From: Scyliorhinus canicula
Taxonomy: Eukaryota
Length of the DNA: 64,000 nt
Direction: 5' to 3'
Assembly: GCF_902713615.1 (NCBI RefSeq)
Contig: NC_052148.1
Coordinates: forward strand, 228,431,336-228,495,335
This document shows, piece by piece, positions 58,420 through 64,000 of this stretch. Position 1 is the stretch's first letter. Each line of letters starts with the position of its first letter. The notes beneath the pieces were generated by a model, which was not told the DNA's origin, did no database searches, and saw only the letters and a program-made list of their open reading frames with translations. The translations under genes and the position numbers were made by a program.

Positions 58420-59209
58420 TGTAGCCATCTAAGATGGCCATCTGCAAAGGACCATGGGAATTATGGCCAACCCAGGACTCAGACAGATACACAGCCTATG
58501 TGTATCTAAAACACAGGTAACCAGACCTGATCGAAACCTCTGTCGTTTGCATTTTAATGGCCCATTTCTCAGGACAATAGAACTCCAATCAAGCAACCGA
58601 TACAGCCACAGACTGATCGACGCCACTCCCCTTACTCAGAAAGCATAATTGCCAAGGTCAATGACCGCTAAGGACCTGCCCAGCCACCAAGGCACCTGCC
58701 CCTTTATTGGCCGAAATAGAAGACAGTGATCAGAGCCCTGTTGAACTATTGGGTCCAAGGTTAAGGACCGCCCCAAAGAGTGCGAAATCCCAGAGGGATA
58801 AAAGAGGACACAGCCATGTGTTCTGTCTCTTTTGGATCCGGTCTGTGCCAACCCAATTGCAGCAGGAACAGCTAGCTAAGTTCAAGACCAACGATCGCTA
58901 CCTGACGGATGAGCCCAGCAGAGACAGAGCCACTTTATTCGAACCAGCCAAGTGAAATCCAGATAAAGGCCTTATCCATTTGCACAGTGCCGGTTGCCCT
59001 GAAGTTAAGTATAGGTTATTGTAGCTAATAGGTGTAGTTTAACTTGTAGTAGATATTGTGTTTGCATGTTGAGATAACTTTTGAGTATGCAAATAAACCA
59101 TCTTTTGAACTAACTAACTGGTTGTGTGGTCATTTGATCGATATAAGGGGAGGCGTGAGGTTCATAGGCAGTATTGGCGACGCTGTTGGGTGGGAAAAAC
59201 AGAGCAACA
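58420..59209 (+). mobile_element. ERV-like solo LTR (790 bp), 4-bp TSD ATGC, inserted in CR1
   Basis: TGTAG...CAACA termini. ATGC at 58416-58419 and 59210-59213. CR1 rejoins as TGTGAGGTGATGCATTTTGG. AATAAA near 59093. Confidence 0.92.
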
Positions 59210-59747
59210 ATGCATTTTGGTAGATAAAATCAGGGCAGAACCTACTCAGTTAATGGTAGGGACTTGGGGAGAGTTACAGAACAAAGAGATCTAGGAGTAC
59301 AGGTTCATAGCTTCTTGGAGGTGGACAGGGTGGTGAAGAAGGCATTCAGCATGCTCGGTTTTATTGGTCAGATTATTGAATACAGGAGTTGGGACGTCTT
59401 GTTGAAGTTGAACATGACATTTGTAAGACGACACATGGAATCCTTTGTTCAGTTCTGGTCACCTATTATAGGAAGGATATTGTGAAACTAGAAAGAGGAT
59501 GCTGCCAAGACTTGATATTCTGAGTTATGAGGAGAGGCTGGATAGGCTGGGACTTATTTCTTTAGAGTGTAGGGGGCTTAGGGGTGATCTTATAGACGTC
59601 TATAAAATAATGAGGGGCTTAGATAAGGTAGATCGTCAACATCTTTTCCCAAAGGTAGAGGAGTCAAGAACTATAGGGCATAGGTTTAAGATGAGAGGGG
59701 AGAGATACAAAAAAAGGCTAGAGGGGAAATTTCTTCACACGGAAGGT

Positions 59748-60201
59748 ACATAGATACATACAAGATAGGAGCAGGTGGCGACCTTTTGGCCCTTCGAGCC
59801 TGCTCCGCCATTCATCACGATCATGGCTGATCATCCAACTCAATAGCCTAATCCTCCTTTCTCCCCATAGCCTTTGATCCCATTCTCCCCAGGTGCTATA
59901 TCCAGCCACCTCTTGCATATATTCAAAGTTTTAGCATCAACTACTCCCTGTGGTAATGAATTCCACAGGCTCACCACTCTTTGTGTGAAGAAATGTCTCC
60001 TTATCTCTGTCCGAAATAGTTTACCCTGAATCCTCAGGCTGTGACCCCTGGTTCTTGACACACCCATCACCTGCATCTACCCTGTCTAGTCCTGTTAAAA
60101 TGTTATAAGTCTCTATGAGATCCCCCCTCATTCTTCTGAACTCCAGCGAGAACAATCCCAACCTAGTCAATCTCTCCTCATATGACAGTCCCGCCATCCC
60201 T
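59748..60201 (-). mobile_element. 5'-truncated CR1 inserted in the host CR1, 7-bp TSD GGAAGGT
   Basis: GGAAGGT at 59741-59747 and 60202-60208. Confidence 0.92.
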
Positions 60202-60429
60202 GGAAGGTGGTGAGCATCTGGAACAGGCTGCCAGAGGCCGTGGTAGAGGCGGGTACAATCTTTTCCTTTAAAAAGCAGTTAGACAGTTACATGGGCAGGG
60301 TGGGTATAGAGGGATATGGGCCAAATGCAGTCAAGTGGGACTAGCTTAATGACAGAAACTGGGCTGCATGGACAAGCCGGGCCGAAGGGTCTGTTTCCAT
60401 GCTGTAAACATCTATGACTCAATGCCAAG

Positions 60430-62945
60430 TATGTGAGTAGTAACCAGAACGGGGAGGTCTCTCCCTCCACTTTCTAGGAGGCGCTGAAGGCAGTGGCCAG
60501 GGGAGAGATAATAACATACAAGACACATAGGGATAGGAGGGGAGAGGGCAGCTAGACAACGGTTAATCAACTCCATACGGGAGGTGGATTGGCAGTACTC
60601 CACGGTCCTGACCACAGACCTGCTAGCGGAGAGAAAACATTACAAATGGAGTTTGAGCTAATCTCAAACGGAAAAGCAGTGAGCCAGCTCTGCCGGACAC
60701 AGGGGACCTTCTACAAATATAGTGACAAGGCCTGCTGGCACACCAGTTGAGGAAGCAGGTGGCCGCACAAGAGATCACACAAATCAGGGATGAAGAGGGA
60801 CAGGTGGTCACGGCTCCAGAGGAGATCAATAGAGCCTTTGCAGTCTTCTACCGCTGACTGTACACATCCGAACCCCCAAAGGGGGACTTGAAGATGAAGC
60901 AATTCCTGGATGGGGAGGTCTTCCCAGCTATGGGGGAGGAAAAGAGGCAGGGACTGGATCACCTCTGGGTCTAGAGGAAGTCATGGAGTGCATCAACTCC
61001 ATGCAATCCAGAAGGTGTCAGGACCAAATGGGTTCCCGGTGGACTTCTACAAAAGGTTCACGGCAGTATTCATCCTGCACCTGTTCTATAACTCGCTGTC
61101 AAAGGGGTCCTGTCGCCTATGTTGGCACAGGCTTTGATCTCACTGATTCCAAAAAAAGGCAAAGACGCAGCGGAGTGTGGGCCAGACAGAACCATCTCAC
61201 TCCTGAACACAAACGCAAAAGGCCTAGTGAAAGTTCTGGCAAGACGACCGGAGAGTTGCTTGCCAAAAGTGTTCATGGAAGATCAAACCAGGTTTGTAAA
61301 GGCAGACAGCTGACAGTGAACATCAGATACCTTCTCAACATGGTCATGCCCCACCCAGGGAGGAGACACCAGAAGTGATCATCTCCTTGGCTGCAGAGAG
61401 GGCCTGTGACCGGGTGGAATGGAAGAACCTCATTGAGGCACTGGAGCAGTTTGTGCCAGTGTTCACTTTATGGGTGAATCTTCTGCACACTGCTCCCATG
61501 GCAAGCATCCAGACAAATGCCAACAGCTCAAATTACTTCTGGCTGCACAGAGGCATGAGGCAGGGATTCCCACTGTCCCCGCTGCTGTTTGCTCTGGCAT
61601 TTGTGTCACTGACTATCGTGCTCAGATCAATGAAGGGGTGGGGAGTCACTCAGGAAGGAGACAGGGAGCACAGAGTCTCTCTCTATGCGAATGACCTGCT
61701 CCTCTGCGTCTCAAACCCCCTAGCCAGGGTAAGATAATGGAACTCCTGAGGGAGTTCAGAGTCTTCTCGGGATATAAACTAAACCTGAGCAAGAGCAAAA
61801 TCTTCGGGGGGGGGGGGGGGGGGGGGGGGGGCGAGAAAAGCAGAGCTGGGATCACTGCCGTTCAAACAGGCCCAAACCAAGTTCAGGTACCTGGGGATCC
61901 AGATAGCCCACAACTCGGTCCAGCTCCACAAGTGAACCTGTCTAGCCTGATGGAGTAGGTAAATGGGAACCTGCGGAGGTGAGATTCACTCCCATCTCCC
62001 TGGAGGGGAGGGTACAGACAGTAAAGATAAACCTCCTGCCAAGGTTTCTATTCATATACAGTTCGCTTTCTCCCCAAAGTATTTTTGCCGGGGCAGACAA
62101 ACTGATCTAAGCCTTGGTGTGGGCGGGGAAGAACCCCAGGATCTGTAGAACTGTCCTGCAGACGGGCGACACTCGGATGGTCTGCTACTGCCAAACCTCC
62201 TGAACTAGTATTGGGCAGCAATATTGAAAGGTTGCAGGGTTGGCTGGGGGAGCTGGGTGTTTTGGTACCTGTCGAGATGGTAACTCAGTTACAGTTGACG
62301 CTCTGGAAAGAATGCTAGAAGTCGTCCAGTAGTTGAAGGAAGGTTTATTGTGCTACACAACTTAAATGATTGTGTGAGCTCTTACTTACAGAACTGCACT
62401 TGTAAAATGAGGTTACACTTTTCTATGCTCTGCAACTAGGCCTGACCACACTAGCAGCCCTGAGCTCAATTTCCGTCCCTGTTCTCCTCACAGTCTGTTC
62501 AGCCAAAGTGAGGGGGAGGGCCTTCGCCGTCACTCTTATACATGCCCGTGCTGCCCCCTGGTGGTCTTTCCATTACCCATCAGCCCCTTCTGTACACACT
62601 CAAGTAAGGATCACTACACTGGGAACGGAGTGGATACAGGTTGAAGAAGTTTCATGAGTCGGGACGTCCCTGAGGACACTGATCACTGCCCACTTCCATT
62701 CTCCTCAGCCAAACACTCAGCAACACCCAGTTGTTGTAGCATTGCTGAAAGTCTGGGGCCAACTAAGGCACCATTTCAAACTGAGAGACATATCTGTCTT
62801 GTAATAATAATAGATTCATCCTAGACAGAATGGACGCCAACATACAAGACTTGCAGAAGGGAAAAAGTGGTGCTGAGGTCCAGGGACATTTACGTGGAGG
62901 GCAACATGGCAACTTTGGTGGGACTAACAGAGAAGATCTCGGTGC
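60430..62945 (+). mobile_element. L1-clade LINE ORF2 (RT) fragment, decayed
   Basis: GPNGFPVDFYK, ISLIPKKGKD, ISLLNTNAK, RQGFPLSPLLF and SLYANDLLL motifs. Confidence 0.9.
62258..62618 (-). mobile_element. Solo LTR (361 bp), 5-bp TSD CTGGG, inserted in L1
   Basis: TGTTT...CTACA termini. CTGGG at 62253-62257 and 62619-62623. AATAAA and TATAAG on the - strand. Confidence 0.9.
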
Positions 62946-63399
62946 TACACACGCTCGCTATGGGACTTTGTTCCCATTTAGTTAAATCCCGCCTACAGTC
63001 TCGAAGAAAGATTCCCAAAACTTCCTTAATTCAGAGCAGGACCAAAGCATGTGCGAGTGGTTCACTGGCCCCCTTGAACAGCGCTCGCATCTGTCCTCCA
63101 CCCCCGGAAAAAAATAACATTCACCCGTGTTTTAATCACGTTATTCAGCCAGGGTTTTGAGTTCATTTCCCTGATGGCCCAATCCTTTTCTCAGCTGGAT
63201 TATTTTTTTAAGTTGCCACTAGATGGCAACAAGCATTGACAAAACGTTCTATAAAAATATCAGTTGTCCATATTTTAATGCCAGCTCAAATATTACAGTG
63301 AATAATGGTTTTAAATTTCTGAGTAATGACTTTATATTGGCTAAGGCTTGCAGTAAAGCATAGTCATACTCAACTTGCCTTCTGGGTCCCTGGTGTTTG

Positions 63400-64000
63400 C
63401 TATCTTCACCCCCGCCTAAACAAAAGTCCTTAAACACTACCATCCTTACTGCCCAATCTCCAAAATTACTTTCTTCTCCGAAGTACTTAAACATGTTGTC
63501 ACCTTCTAAATCCATTCCCTGAGAACTCCATGTTATGTTTGAATCCCTCCAATCAGTTTTCAACCTTTGAAACAGCTCTCATCAAACACAAAATGGCATC
63601 ATCCCATGCAACTATGATAAAGATAAACCATCCCTCCTCCTTCTTCTTGTCCTCCACCTCCACCTTCTGCAGCCTTTGACATGGTTGACCACACCATCTT
63701 CCTCCAATGCCTTTCTAATCTCATCCATAACTCCCTGGACTCCATTCTTATCTATCTAAGCATATCCAGAGTATCACTTGCAATGACCTCTCTTTCTGTT
63801 CCCATATGCCATTATCTCTGGGATCCTCTAAGGATTCACCTCATCTACATACTGCCCCTCAGTGACATCTGAAAGTGTTCGGTTTTACTGTACACCGACA
63901 ACAAGCAGCTCAACCTCACCGTTCAATATCTCGACCCCTTCACTGCTGTTAAATTATCAAATGTTTCTCTGACATCCAGTCCTGGGTGAGCAGGAATTTC
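63400..64000 (+). mobile_element. L2 LINE RT fragment
   Basis: Decayed NYRPIS, SAAFDMVDHTI and LYTDNKQL (YADD-like) motifs. Confidence 0.8.

Larger units (their letters stand above)
54810..60420 (+). mobile_element. Long CR1 LINE (end of ORF1, ORF2 endonuclease-RT, 3' end) carrying five nested insertions
   Basis: LYYMPPNS, VGNFNFPNINW, DHFGTSDH, PGNYNPVSLTS, DFSKAFDKV, GVPQESVLGP and KFADD motifs. The flanks rejoin across each insertion. Confidence 0.93.

Noticed and set aside
59172-59190. PBS-like TTGGCGACGCTG suggesting a proviral internal region
   Set aside because: It lies inside the TSD-bounded 790-bp element, about 30 bp before the terminal CA, and no gag or pol follows.
12639-61831. 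Long C/G homopolymers (about 12640-12662, 44147-44160, 56867-56891, 61806-61831)
   Set aside because: They sit inside TEs, and their lengths are unreliable in assemblies; no function can be supported.
63249-63563. 104-aa - strand ORF as a host exon
   Set aside because: About half of it is the antisense of an L2 RT fragment, and I recognise no protein similarity.

Overview
Vertebrate genomic DNA from a cartilaginous fish. HE1-type SINEs, CR1/HER1-type LINEs and a Deu-domain SINE point to a shark; a catshark is my guess, not shown. The only host gene I can support is a complete four-exon immunoglobulin J chain gene (JCHAIN) on the + strand: exons 27734-27800, 33084-33204, 34335-34415 and 46521-46722, giving 156 aa. 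The ORF track does not recover it as a gene; it shows only exons 3 and 4 buried in unrelated ORF calls. The protein keeps the NISDPTSP core but has a rewired cysteine set: the equivalents of human C15 and C134 are lost while C109 is kept unpaired. It also has a shortened hairpin and is not acidic. Almost everything else is transposon-derived: many PIF/Harbinger remnants and MITEs, CR1, L2-like, L1 and Rex/Babar LINE fragments, tRNA-derived SINEs, Gypsy remnants, five TSD-flanked solo LTRs, and Penelope-type termini, one with a degenerate hammerhead core. Three large tandem arrays all grew out of Harbinger sequence. The first is a 21-bp heptad array in a Myb/SANT-type gene (5.8-6.6 kb). The second is a 68 x 46-bp array in JCHAIN intron 3, where most units carry a consensus NF-kB site (36.9-40.0 kb). 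The third is a 15-bp pentapeptide array in a catalytically deleted nuclease gene (48.7-50.3 kb). Exon, TSD and array boundaries were read base by base; other repeat boundaries are approximate, and family names come from motif recognition rather than a database search.
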